A DNA stretch of 48,312 nucleotides from Coleofasciculus chthonoplastes F2-STO-03 (lineage in GTDB: Bacteria; Cyanobacteriota; Cyanobacteriia; Cyanobacteriales; Coleofasciculaceae): NCBI GenBank assembly GCA_040222015.1, contig JAVJWO010000023.1, positions 1 to 48,312 on the forward strand, given 5' to 3'. The notes under the pieces were generated by a model. That model saw nothing but the letters and a program-made list of their open reading frames with translations, made no database searches and was not told the origin of the DNA. Positions 29,923 through 39,117 of the stretch are shown piece by piece (the first letter of the stretch is position 1; every line of letters begins with the position of its first letter). The position numbers and the translations under genes are program-made.

Positions 29923-30573
29923 ATGAACAGAATAAGTGAGCCAAGAAGCATTGATCAACCTACGGATAAATTAAGTGTCTTCACTCGTTTTGGGTTACTT
30001 GTCGTCAAGAATTTTTTTGATCCTGAACTATGCCGGAGAATTCGAGAGCAAGTCCGCTCAACGAGTGATTGGCAATCAGGAGAGGTTCGTGATGATGAAA
30101 ATTGGGTCGTCGATGAGACAGTCCGAAAAACTGAGTATGCTGGAGTTTCAGAATCGACAGAATTGTTGGTCAAACGTCGTTTAATGGCGCTTAAGCCCAG
30201 ATTGGAAAGTCATTTCTCTGTAGAACTCACTGCCTGTGAAGGAGTAAATTTCTTGTTTTACAGTCACGGTGGTTTTTATTTACCCCACCAGGATAGTAAC
30301 ATGGCAACGGATGCACCCGAGCTGTTACAAAAGCGTCGGGTGTCTGTTGTTATATTTCTTAATCAAGAAGCCGAGGAACCTCACCCCGATTGCTATGGTG
30401 GGGGGGCGTTAGTCTTCTATGGTTTGCTGAAAGATCCACGTTGGGCAGAGTGGGGTTTTCCGATAAGCAGTGAAACGGGTTTATTGATTGCTTTTCCCTC
30501 TCATCTTATGCATGAGGTTGAACCAGTTACCCATGGCGAAAGATATACGATTGTGAGCTGGTTTTTGCTATAA
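29923..30573 (+). CDS. 2OG-Fe(II) oxygenase (prolyl-4-hydroxylase-like)
   Basis: HQD iron ligands, GG.L.F, HEVEPVTHGERY (distal His and 2OG-binding Arg). Confidence 0.88.
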   Translation: MNRISEPRSIDQPTDKLSVFTRFGLLVVKNFFDPELCRRIREQVRSTSDWQSGEVRDDENWVVDETVRKTEYAGVSESTELLVKRRLMALKPRLESHFSVELTACEGVNFLFYSHGGFYLPHQDSNMATDAPELLQKRRVSVVIFLNQEAEEPHPDCYGGGALVFYGLLKDPRWAEWGFPISSETGLLIAFPSHLMHEVEPVTHGERYTIVSWFLL

Positions 30574-30715
30574 ACTGGAGTTTAGACTAGGAGTAAGGAT
30601 TGAGGTCTGTGTTGAGTTTATTAATTATCCTGGTTGCGCTCGCCTTTCAAAAGTATAGCGCTTCGCGCTGACTTCTGACTCTTGTGGTATCTTAGTAGAA
30701 AATGGGTTTTATCCT

Positions 30716-31348
30716 ATGGTTACGACAATAACGCTAGCCGAGCAGAGAACCTTGCTTTTTAATATCAGTTGGCAAACCTTTAAAATAATGCTGACTGAAA
30801 TGGGTTCTGAGCGATTAACCCGATTAGCATATAACTCTGGAATGGTCGAAATAATGACTCCACTAATGGCTCATGAAAATTCGAACCGATTCATTGAAGG
30901 CTTAGTTATTGTACTTTGCGAAGAGTTGGGCTTGGAGGTTAAACGAACGGGTTCATTAACGTTGACACGAGATGATTTGGAATGTGGAGGCGAACCAGAC
31001 AGCAGCTACTACATTGAAAATGAGTTCTTGGTACGGGATAAACAAGAAATTGACTTAGCTTCTGATCCACCTCCAGACTTGGTATTAGAGGTAGAATACT
31101 CTCGATCTAAGGTTAATAAGCTTCAACTTTATGCAGCGATGGGGATTCCTGAATTTTGGCGTTATAACGGGAGCGTGTTGCGAATCTATAGACTTGAATC
31201 CGGAGAATATTTAGAGTCAAGTCATAGCCCTGTTTTTTCCCCTGTTGCTGTTAGGGAAATCCCCCGGTTTATCCAACAGAGTCGCAACGTTGGGGAAATA
31301 ACCTGCACTCGTAATTTTCGTAGCTGGGTGAAGCAGCAATTGCAGTGA
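30716..31348 (+). CDS. Uma2 family endonuclease
   Basis: ISWQTF, EPDSSYYI, PPPDLVLEVE, YAAMGIPEFWRY. Confidence 0.92.
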   Translation: MVTTITLAEQRTLLFNISWQTFKIMLTEMGSERLTRLAYNSGMVEIMTPLMAHENSNRFIEGLVIVLCEELGLEVKRTGSLTLTRDDLECGGEPDSSYYIENEFLVRDKQEIDLASDPPPDLVLEVEYSRSKVNKLQLYAAMGIPEFWRYNGSVLRIYRLESGEYLESSHSPVFSPVAVREIPRFIQQSRNVGEITCTRNFRSWVKQQLQ

Positions 31349-31585
31349 CGCTAACTAGAACTTGCTGCACAAAGCAGAAAATCTTAGCCATCAATGCTTT
31401 GAGATATAGCTTTGAGATATATTGACAGTTGCTTTTCTTATAGCGATCACTCTCAACATTGGTGTTTTTAGTCTAATTCTATGAAAGTGCAGAATAGCCA
31501 GCTTTCAGAAAATTGATAGCATGACTTCATCCCTTAGAGCAGCAACGCCAAGTTTGCGTTGCCAGGGTTTCCTTGTTCAGCTCTT

Positions 31586-31927
31586 TTATGAACAACATTC
31601 TTTGACCTTTGCCTCCAAGTTAGAGATCCTTTGAGTACTGCTCCCTACCTGTAAATCCCCCTCCTTGCCCGGATTTGAAAAGGGAGTACCACCTGCTTTA
31701 CCTGCGGGTAAGCGCTGTATTGATCGTGTGTTTTGCCTTTTTTGCAGAGTTTTGGAGACATTACCAATCATGGAACTAAGGCCACGCAGAGAACTACCAG
31801 AATCAGAAGAGGTAGAGTCTGATTTGGCTGGGGTTGACGCTGAACTGGTCGAACTGCTGCCCTTGCTACTCTCTTGGCGACTGGTTTTCCTTGAGTTTCC
31901 TTTCGATCTTGATGCCCGTGATTTCAT
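31586..31927 (-). CDS. Ser-rich leader-type small protein (candidate eCIS cargo), copy A
   Basis: GGAGG RBS; MKSRASRSK... paralogous to 33592-33855 and to the N-terminus of 32254-32997. Confidence 0.65.
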   Translation of the reverse strand: MKSRASRSKGNSRKTSRQESSKGSSSTSSASTPAKSDSTSSDSGSSLRGLSSMIGNVSKTLQKRQNTRSIQRLPAGKAGGTPFSNPGKEGDLQVGSSTQRISNLEAKVKECCS

Positions 31928-32243
31928 TCTTATCCTCCAGGGTGTTACTAAGATACTTTGCTACTTACAGTTCAATAGTTAATAGGAATAAGCTTAAGGG
32001 AATTTTCTGATTTGTGCAAGTCTTTGGTTGTATGACTTTACAAAAATTAAAACACTTCAGATGACTATCAGATCTGCCTGAATTTATTCCTGTATGATGA
32101 GCAAAAAAGGTACTATAGCCAGATGCCATGCCCGAGTTTTTTGTCCAGTCAACCCACCTAATTAGAAGACGAAGGAAGCGGGAAAATTTGTATAAATGAT
32201 TTGTGAAAATAAATGGGGTTAAAACCCTTACCCTGTAAGAATT
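31800..32243. repeat. diverged direct repeat copy A (upstream region plus 5' of leader gene); copy B at ~33731-34172
   Basis: Colinear shared blocks such as GTGTTACTAAGATACTTTGCTACTTACAGTT, TGATTTGTGCAAGTCTTTGGTTGTAT, GTATAAATGATTTGTGAAAATAAATGGGG. Confidence 0.9.
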
Positions 32244-32253
32244 CTGAAACTCT

Positions 32254-32997
32254 TTAGCCCGTTTGTTGTATGACATGGGTTAACTCGTGAGCAAGCAAAT
32301 GTTTTCCGTCTGTACTACTCGGATTGTAGGCTCCCTGGTTAAAGAAAATATCTTGCTCAGTAGTAAACGCCTCCGCTTCTATGGCGTCGTTCAACGCTTG
32401 GGCATTACTGTCTGTATGAATTCGCACATGGCTAAAATCTACTCCAAAAGCTTCCTCCATCGGCTCGCGAATATTTGATTGTAGGGGCATTCCTTTTCCG
32501 CTTTCCTGATCGATAGCTACTTCTACTTCTGGAGACGCTTCCATTCCCCCATCATCAGTAGACTGTCTGTGTAAGGCTGATTCTCGTCGTATCGGTTGTA
32601 TGTTTTCCGCGCTCACCTGTTCTAAGTTCGTTCCCATTTCAGGTTGTACCGACTCAGGAGATTCAATCTGTTGAATCACTTTTTCTGCCATAGCTTCGGC
32701 TTCTTGTTCATCCTGATCTTGCGGTTGACTAATCTGCATTTGTGGGTGAATGCGAGTTCCTTTAGTGCGGGTGGCTGATCGGCTATTTTGTTGGAGGGTA
32801 CGGGACACATTATCGACCAAGGAACCAGGACGATAGAAAACTCCACCGTAATCAGAACTATAATCGGAAGACGTGGATTCTGTTTGGGCTGTCATGGTAG
32901 AAGCACTGGAAGAATCCTTGCTGCTGTTCTTCTCTTGGCGTGTTACGTTTCTTGAGTCATTTTTTGAGCGGTGTGCCTTCATCGTTTGATTTACCAT
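32254..32997 (-). CDS. DUF4157 (eCIS core domain) protein without a C-terminal effector domain
   Basis: ISQPQDQDEQEAEAMA, MEEAFGVDFSHVRIHTD, AEAFT...IFF, LLAHELTHVIQQ; stop two codons later; alternative start MKAH at 32982. Confidence 0.9.
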   Translation of the reverse strand: MVNQTMKAHRSKNDSRNVTRQEKNSSKDSSSASTMTAQTESTSSDYSSDYGGVFYRPGSLVDNVSRTLQQNSRSATRTKGTRIHPQMQISQPQDQDEQEAEAMAEKVIQQIESPESVQPEMGTNLEQVSAENIQPIRRESALHRQSTDDGGMEASPEVEVAIDQESGKGMPLQSNIREPMEEAFGVDFSHVRIHTDSNAQALNDAIEAEAFTTEQDIFFNQGAYNPSSTDGKHLLAHELTHVIQQTG

Positions 32998-33338
32998 TAA
33001 TTTGCGATCGGTGCGCCTCTAGTCATTAAATCAATGGACAAAAGTTGACGGCGGGTGGTAAGCGCATCTCGGATGGCGAAGCCCCTATGAGTTAATTCGG
33101 CTGCCCATACCACCACATTGCTTTTGAGGACGGCAATCCCTGTGACTTTCGCTCCTGGGTCAATTTTTAATCTGTATTCTGAGACTTGAGAGTCCTTCAC
33201 TTGTGTGTCATGCAAAATGATGGTGAATGGAAAGCGACGAAGCACTGACGCTCTGCCAGTACGAAGCAACTTTCTTGCGCGTGCTGGGTGAGTAGGAGCG
33301 AGGGGTTTTTTATTTTTGTCCAGTACAAACACAAACAT
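32997..33338 (-). pseudogene. iscB: truncated IscB (RRXRR/PLMP + RuvC-I) of an IS200/IS605-family element
   Basis: VFVLDKNKKPLAPTHPARARKLL, FPFTIIL, LKIDPGAKVTGIA, AAELTHRG; similarity stops at RRQL, so HNH and RuvC-II/III are missing. Confidence 0.85.
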
Positions 33339-33344
33339 AAGTTT

Positions 33345-33557
33345 CAATCTCGGATTGCTCCGGTAACGTGTTCCTCGACAAAGTTAAAGAGGCTTGTTCG
33401 GTCAAAGACACTGGTTTAGCTCAATAAACCTGTTTAATCCTTGACGACAGGGCTACAAACTGGAAAGCATTCGTAGGTGTCTTGACCTCTTTAACGTAGG
33501 CTTTCAAGCCTCAGTCTGGCTATCTTGTCCACAATTGTCCTGTGTTGAGCGGATAGC
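33345..33557 (-). ncRNA. omegaRNA / HEARO-type RNA upstream of iscB
   Basis: Minus strand GCTATC...GATAGCCAGACTGAGGCTTGAAAGCCTACGTT...ACACCTACGAATGCTTTCCAGTTTGTAG...TTGTCGAGG; multi-stem pattern directly 5' of iscB; ends approximate. Confidence 0.75.
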
Positions 33558-33591
33558 ACGCCGCGTACAACAGCGTGCGAGACACAGAAGA

Positions 33592-33855
33592 TTACGGTTT
33601 GGGTGGAACCAATCGATCAATTCGCGCTGTCGCGATTCGTCGGTCTAAGGAAGCCCCTTGGTTCGCTTTTTGTTGGAGTGTATGAGAGACATTATCGGTC
33701 ATGGAGCCTGGGCTATGCATAGAACCACTGGACTCTGAAGGAGTGGAGTCTGATTTGGCTGAGGTAGACGCTGAATTGGTCGCACTACTGCTCTTGCTGC
33801 TCTCTTGGCGACTGGTTTTCCTTGAATCTTTCGATCTTGATGCCCGTGATTTCAT
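33592..33855 (-). CDS. Ser-rich leader-type small protein (candidate eCIS cargo), copy B; possibly truncated
   Basis: GGAG RBS; MKSRASRSKDSRKTSRQESS...PGSMTDNVSHTLQQ. Confidence 0.6.
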   Translation of the reverse strand: MKSRASRSKDSRKTSRQESSKSSSATNSASTSAKSDSTPSESSGSMHSPGSMTDNVSHTLQQKANQGASLDRRIATARIDRLVPPKP

Positions 33856-34226
33856 TTGTATTCTCCACAGTGTTACTAAGATACTTTGCTACTTACAGTT
33901 AAATAGTTAATAGGGATAAGGCTACGGGAATTGTTTGATTTGTGCAAGTCTTTGGTTGTATAACTTTACAAAAATTGAAACACTTCTGATAATTATCGGA
34001 GCTGCCGGAATTTCTTCCTGTATGATAATCAGGAAAGGCATTGTAGGCAGATGCCATGCCCAACTTTTTTGTCCAGTCAACCGACCTAATTAGGAAGCGA
34101 AGGAAGCGGGGACAGTTGTATAAATGATTTGTGAAAATAAATGGGGCTAAAACCCTGACCCCGTAAGAATTGCTAGTTCACAACTAATTTAGACACCCCA
34201 GAATTTAGCGTTGATCAGCCATTGTC

Positions 34227-36077
34227 ATGTGTGGATTTGCCGGATTTATTGATTTCCAAGATGACCAACACCCCCAACACTATTGGGCATATTTGACCCA
34301 AATGGGGCAACCCTTGCGACGCCGTGGTCCCGATGACGAGCAAGTGGTGAACTCACCACCGCTTTGGTTGATTTATCGCCGACTCTCGATTATTGATGTT
34401 CCTGGAGGGGGACAACCGATTTGGAATGAAAACCAAACGATGTGCGTAGTCGTCAATGGGGAAATTTACAACCACATTGAGTTACGCTCTCAATTACGAG
34501 AACACCATGACTTTCGGACTCAATCGGATGCCGAAATTGTGCTGCATTTATATGAAGAACGCGGTTTTGAAGCCCTCACCGCCCTAAACGGGATGTTCGC
34601 GATCGCGCTGTGGGACAAGCAACGACAACAATTATTTCTGGCACGCGATCGCTTGGGCATTAAACCCTTATATTACACTCAAGTCGGTTCACAACTGATC
34701 TTCGCCTCCACCCTCGCCTCCCTGCTGGCTCACCCCAATACCCCTTGGCATCCTCAGTTCCAAGACTTAACCAATCTCAGTGCCACCACATCCTACGTTC
34801 GAGGCATTCATCGTTTAGCTGGGGGACATTACCTGTTGTTCGATGCCCATACTCAAACCGTAACCCCTGAATGTTACTGGAACCTAGCCGATTACTTAGT
34901 TACCGAACCCATCCCTGACAGCCGCACTCCCAGCGATTATATTCAGGACTATCGGGAGTTATTTGTCGATAGTGTCACCAAGCGGCTAATGAGTGATGTA
35001 CCTGTAGCAGCCAGTTTGAGTGGTGGACTCGATTCTGGAGTCATTGTCGCCATTTCCCGTCAGATTCAACCTGATTTACACTGCTTCAGTATTAGCGATG
35101 ATGACACACGGCAAAATGGAGATATTGACGCCGCCGAACAGCTTTGCCAACAGTTGCATCTGCCCTTTCATCCCCTGTGGTTTGATACCGAAACGTTCTT
35201 AGAGCAACTCGATTTTTCATTAGAGACATTTGAATATTTTATTGGGTTAATTGATGCACCTAAATTGCACCTAGAATGGATTTATAAGCACGAACTCTAT
35301 CGCTATGCGAAAACCCTGATGCCCGATCTCAAGGTAATGCTACTGGGACAGGGGGCAGATGAATTTGCCGGAGGTTACTCAAAAGCCGAGGATAAAACCA
35401 CTCAAACCTGGCAAGACTATACATCGGAATTAATCCAAAAAGAACAGCAAAATTTACAACTCAAAGAGCCAACTGGACTCGATGACGGTTCATTTATATT
35501 CGACTACACACTCAAATCTTATCCTTCTGGTTGCACTCCCTTTCAAAAAGAAATGTTGATGGGTATCTATTCCCTACAAGACTATAACCTGTGGCATGAA
35601 GACCGCAGTTCCATGAGCCAAAGTATCGAAGCTCGTGTCCCGTTTTTAGATCATCGTTTGGTCGAATATCTTGCCGCCATTCCGCCCCAGCATCACCCAA
35701 CCCTATTTTGGAATAAAACGATTATCCGCCAAATGGCTCAAGCCTGGTTGCCCCACAGTTTCATCCATCGCCAAAAATCTCACGCCACAGAACCTAAACT
35801 CTACAACTCGATGAAGCATAAAATCGTACAGCGAATTTTTCCAGCGTTTAAGCAAAAATATCTGGATAATCCGGGTCAGCTCTTGATTGATATCGAGCCA
35901 GAAACCCTGCTAGAGTGGTTCGAGCAATCCTCACACCAGCAAACTTATAGTATCGCCTGTGAGCAGTTATTAACTGGGATGAAAATGGCTGTTTTTAAAC
36001 AGATTTGCTCCCAGCGGAATTCTCCGGTAACTGGAGAGTACTTGTATCGGCGATCACCGTTATATTTCACAGGTTAA
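34227..36077 (+). CDS. asparagine synthetase B-like glutamine amidotransferase
   Basis: N-terminal MCG, RRGPD, RRLSIID, NGEIYN, ARDRLGIKPLYY, SLSGGLDS, GQGADE, EARVPFLD. Confidence 0.9.
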   Translation: MCGFAGFIDFQDDQHPQHYWAYLTQMGQPLRRRGPDDEQVVNSPPLWLIYRRLSIIDVPGGGQPIWNENQTMCVVVNGEIYNHIELRSQLREHHDFRTQSDAEIVLHLYEERGFEALTALNGMFAIALWDKQRQQLFLARDRLGIKPLYYTQVGSQLIFASTLASLLAHPNTPWHPQFQDLTNLSATTSYVRGIHRLAGGHYLLFDAHTQTVTPECYWNLADYLVTEPIPDSRTPSDYIQDYRELFVDSVTKRLMSDVPVAASLSGGLDSGVIVAISRQIQPDLHCFSISDDDTRQNGDIDAAEQLCQQLHLPFHPLWFDTETFLEQLDFSLETFEYFIGLIDAPKLHLEWIYKHELYRYAKTLMPDLKVMLLGQGADEFAGGYSKAEDKTTQTWQDYTSELIQKEQQNLQLKEPTGLDDGSFIFDYTLKSYPSGCTPFQKEMLMGIYSLQDYNLWHEDRSSMSQSIEARVPFLDHRLVEYLAAIPPQHHPTLFWNKTIIRQMAQAWLPHSFIHRQKSHATEPKLYNSMKHKIVQRIFPAFKQKYLDNPGQLLIDIEPETLLEWFEQSSHQQTYSIACEQLLTGMKMAVFKQICSQRNSPVTGEYLYRRSPLYFTG

Positions 36078-36136
36078 ACGTCACATCAATTTCAGCCTAT
36101 CAACAACTTTAAACAATCCTCAAAACCCGAACAGCC

Positions 36137-37024
36137 ATGACTAACTATTTTGTGATCAAGAGCAAACTTAATAACTTAGTTCTTCAAGTTGACGACACCA
36201 ATCGTATTGCTACAGATTTCGGCATTCAATCCCAGCATATCTGGGTGGTAACCGCTCAAGAAACCCAAGCAGATAACCAACTGTGGATGCTGAATCCGCA
36301 AGGACAAATTCAGAGTAAGTTTAACGGTTTAGTTCTGGATATCGGAACAGAAAATTTACTGACTCTTTCTCATAAATATCACCAATACTTAAACTATCTC
36401 AGTAGTCAAGGTCTAGTTTATCCTCCCCTTTTAGTGACCTCTCCTCAAGATGATCAGCTCACTCAGCAATGGACAATAGAATGGAAACAGAATGCCTTTG
36501 CGATTAAAAGTAACCAAGATGGTAAGGTATTAGACATTTTTGGCGCTTTACCTTCAGAGTTTGTGCCAATTACCCTGGCTTCATTCTCTCCCAGTGCGCT
36601 CAATCAACAATGGGAAATTATGACTCCTGCGTCACCTTCAGCTTCAGGAACACGGGACACCTTGAATTCTGGTGAAATTCTCAAACCGGGTGAATGTCTA
36701 ACATCAGCGAACGGAGTTTACTCCTTCTGCTATCTGACAAATTCCAATCTCGTACATTATGAGAATAAAGACAAGCCAAATATGAGGGTTTTGTGGCAAG
36801 CCAACAGCCATTTATATCCTCCTGCTTACCAATGCCATTTGCAACAATCAGATGGAAAGTTAGTCGTCTTCAATGTACCAGGTCATGCTACTTGGTCTAG
36901 TCAGAAATTTGGTTCACAGTACCCACCAAGTCAACTGATTGTGCAGGATAACGGTCATGTCGTTATTTATGATAAGAAGGGTGCGCCCTATTGGGATTCG
37001 CTAGAAGAGACGAATGGGTCTTAG
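36137..37024 (+). CDS. lectin protein: ricin-B beta-trefoil-like plus bulb-type (B-)lectin domain
   Basis: QxW repeats (NQLW, QQW, NQQW) with VLDI; C-terminal DTLNSGE.L..GE.LTS.NG, QSDGKLV, VQDNGHVVIY...W. Confidence 0.75.
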   Translation: MTNYFVIKSKLNNLVLQVDDTNRIATDFGIQSQHIWVVTAQETQADNQLWMLNPQGQIQSKFNGLVLDIGTENLLTLSHKYHQYLNYLSSQGLVYPPLLVTSPQDDQLTQQWTIEWKQNAFAIKSNQDGKVLDIFGALPSEFVPITLASFSPSALNQQWEIMTPASPSASGTRDTLNSGEILKPGECLTSANGVYSFCYLTNSNLVHYENKDKPNMRVLWQANSHLYPPAYQCHLQQSDGKLVVFNVPGHATWSSQKFGSQYPPSQLIVQDNGHVVIYDKKGAPYWDSLEETNGS

Positions 37025-37051
37025 ATTACCGTAGCTGCAACTGTAGCTTTT

Positions 37052-37157
37052 TATAGCAACCGCCATGGCTGTTAGGACACATCATTTATGTAGAGACGCG
37101 CCATGGCGCGTCTCTACAATGGTGCCGAACGTCCTAATCGATGTGTCTATTGCTATA
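37052..37157. repeat. MITE-like element TATAGCA...TGCTATA with internal perfect palindrome
   Basis: 7-bp terminal inverted repeats; GTAGAGACGCGCCATGGCGCGTCTCTAC inside. Confidence 0.65.
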
Positions 37158-37304
37158 ACACCTGGAACAGATACATTTAACCCGGAAAAATCTAATAGGT
37201 GTTCCGAGGGAACTATGAATTGCATCGGCAGCAGGGACACCCTCGCTGAAAATTAGGATTGGCAAGGGTTATGGCTTAACTTGTCACCAATGCCCTGCGC
37301 CAAG

Positions 37305-38084
37305 TTAGGGACAATCGCGATTAGAAATAGTTCTATCGGGTAGAGTAGTATGACAAAATACTGCACCAGTTAAATCAGCATCTTGTAAATTAGCGCGACT
37401 CAGGTCAACATCCCAAAGGTTCGCTTCGCGCAAATCAGCATTGGTTAAGAAGCTATTACTCAAATCAGCACCTCTGAGGTAAGCGCCATTTAAATTCGCG
37501 TTATTAAGTCTGGCATTACTCAGGTTCGCTTCTCTAAGATTAGCGGCTTTCAGATTAGCACCATTGAGTCTAGCTTTATCTAGATTGGCACGTCTGAGAT
37601 CAGCGCCTCTGAGTTCCGCTAGAGTGAGAATCGATTGAGACAGATTGGCTTCACTCAAGTTGGCTAAACTTAACTGCGTTTGGGTTAAGTTAGCACCAAT
37701 GAGACTAGCATTACTTAGGTTAGCCGCTTTGAAGTTAGCTTCTCTGAGATCCGCACCCCTGAGATCTGCACCACCGAGAAAGGCGCGAGTTAGATCAGCA
37801 TTTTTTAAGTCAGCGTTGCTGAGGTTGGCATTAATCAGGTCAGCATATTTGAGGTTAGCATCACTGAGAATCGCTTGAGTGAGATTGGCTTGACTCAAAT
37901 CGGCATAAGTCAAGATACTGTGACTCAGGTTAGTATTACTCAAATTGGCATTGGTTAAGTCACAGGTAGAACATTCGCCAGTGTCTTGTAACTGTTTCAG
38001 ATGGTCAGGATTTTCCGCGTTTAGAGGAGTGGCTGACCAAAAGGGCGTTAGAAGTAAGAGGATAGCCAGAATATTAAGTTTCAT
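37305..38084 (-). CDS. exported pentapeptide repeat protein
   Basis: Signal peptide, CSTCDL cap, long A(D/N)Lxx repeats. Confidence 0.93.
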   Translation of the reverse strand: MKLNILAILLLLTPFWSATPLNAENPDHLKQLQDTGECSTCDLTNANLSNTNLSHSILTYADLSQANLTQAILSDANLKYADLINANLSNADLKNADLTRAFLGGADLRGADLREANFKAANLSNASLIGANLTQTQLSLANLSEANLSQSILTLAELRGADLRRANLDKARLNGANLKAANLREANLSNARLNNANLNGAYLRGADLSNSFLTNADLREANLWDVDLSRANLQDADLTGAVFCHTTLPDRTISNRDCP

Positions 38085-38528
38085 ATAGTGATTGGTGATT
38101 AGGGATTAGTGACTGGGGAATTCTTCGCAACCCGCCCCGACTCCTCCATCTCTCCCATCCTCCATAACACAACGAGAAGCCCAAGCCCTTATGTACTTCT
38201 CGGTAATCTGGGCAGAAGCGATCGCGAAAATTCCGCAATTTCACTGATTCTAACTCCTAGAGTAAGGAACTATGCTTAAAAAGCAAGGACAAGGAAGCAA
38301 ACTCTCAGTTGTAGATGCAGTTCCCTGGTAGCTATCTCTCGCTGCCAGGATTTTTCTTTCGATTGCCTAACTTTTGAGACGCCTTGGTTACGTGAGATCG
38401 CGTAATTCTCTTCCTTTGAGGCATTATCCCGGCTCAAAAATCCGTGTGAAGACTGAGGCGATTGCTAATTGTTATCAGTCAAAATAAAAATTACTGAGAA
38501 TTCAAAGTTTGTCTACCCCTCTAGACTT

Positions 38529-38777
38529 ATGCCTGAAGATACCTACCAACAATTACTCCAAGCTGCTACCACCAGATATCACGCTTTATTATATCAAAGC
38601 TATAGTCAACTTAGTTTGGATGACAAAATATTTATCGAGAATTTCCGCTATTACAAACAAATGTCTTTGAATCAGATGGTTCAAGGGTTAGATGATCATT
38701 TGAGACAGATTCAAGGTAAGGATTATTGGAGTACCTGTGAAGATGCTACATTATTTAATGTGAGTATCGATCGATAA
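38529..38777 (+). CDS. hypothetical protein
   Basis: 82 aa ORF from ATG 38529 (track start TTG 38469); no recognised motif. Confidence 0.45.
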   Translation: MPEDTYQQLLQAATTRYHALLYQSYSQLSLDDKIFIENFRYYKQMSLNQMVQGLDDHLRQIQGKDYWSTCEDATLFNVSIDR

Positions 38778-39117
38778 ACTCTTCAGAAAAACTCTTCTTT
38801 GACCCAGGGTTGGGAGAAAGGGCGACCCAAGTAAACGGAATGGACTGGTGTTGTTAATTAGGCTAAGCGGGTCGCCCCTACAAGGTGTTTTTTTATTGCA
38901 TCATCGATGCTCGCCTCCGTGGGAGGATCTCAAGAAAACTGCCATTCGTCATAAAAGGAATGGTTTTGTAGCTTGTGTTACATTTTTGAGAAAGTCTAGC
39001 ATCGATTTCAATTACTGGACTCGTATTTTAGACCGGAAAAGGTAAAAATTCCTGTTATTTGATGATATTTCCGCAGAAGATGATTTAAAATGTAGTCAGT
39101 ACCAAGCTAGAGTAGAA

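Noticed and set aside
31943..31957. GTTACTAAGATAC as an NtcA site
   Set aside because: It does not match GTA-N8-TAC in sequence or spacing
31965..32276. 103-aa ORF in the duplicated upstream region
   Set aside because: The reading frame does not appear in the ORF track for the second copy, and composition is atypical
34227..36077. AsnB-like gene as a lasso peptide cyclase
   Set aside because: It keeps a full N-terminal Cys glutaminase domain, and no B1/B2 (PqqD-like or transglutaminase-like) genes or lasso-type precursor were seen
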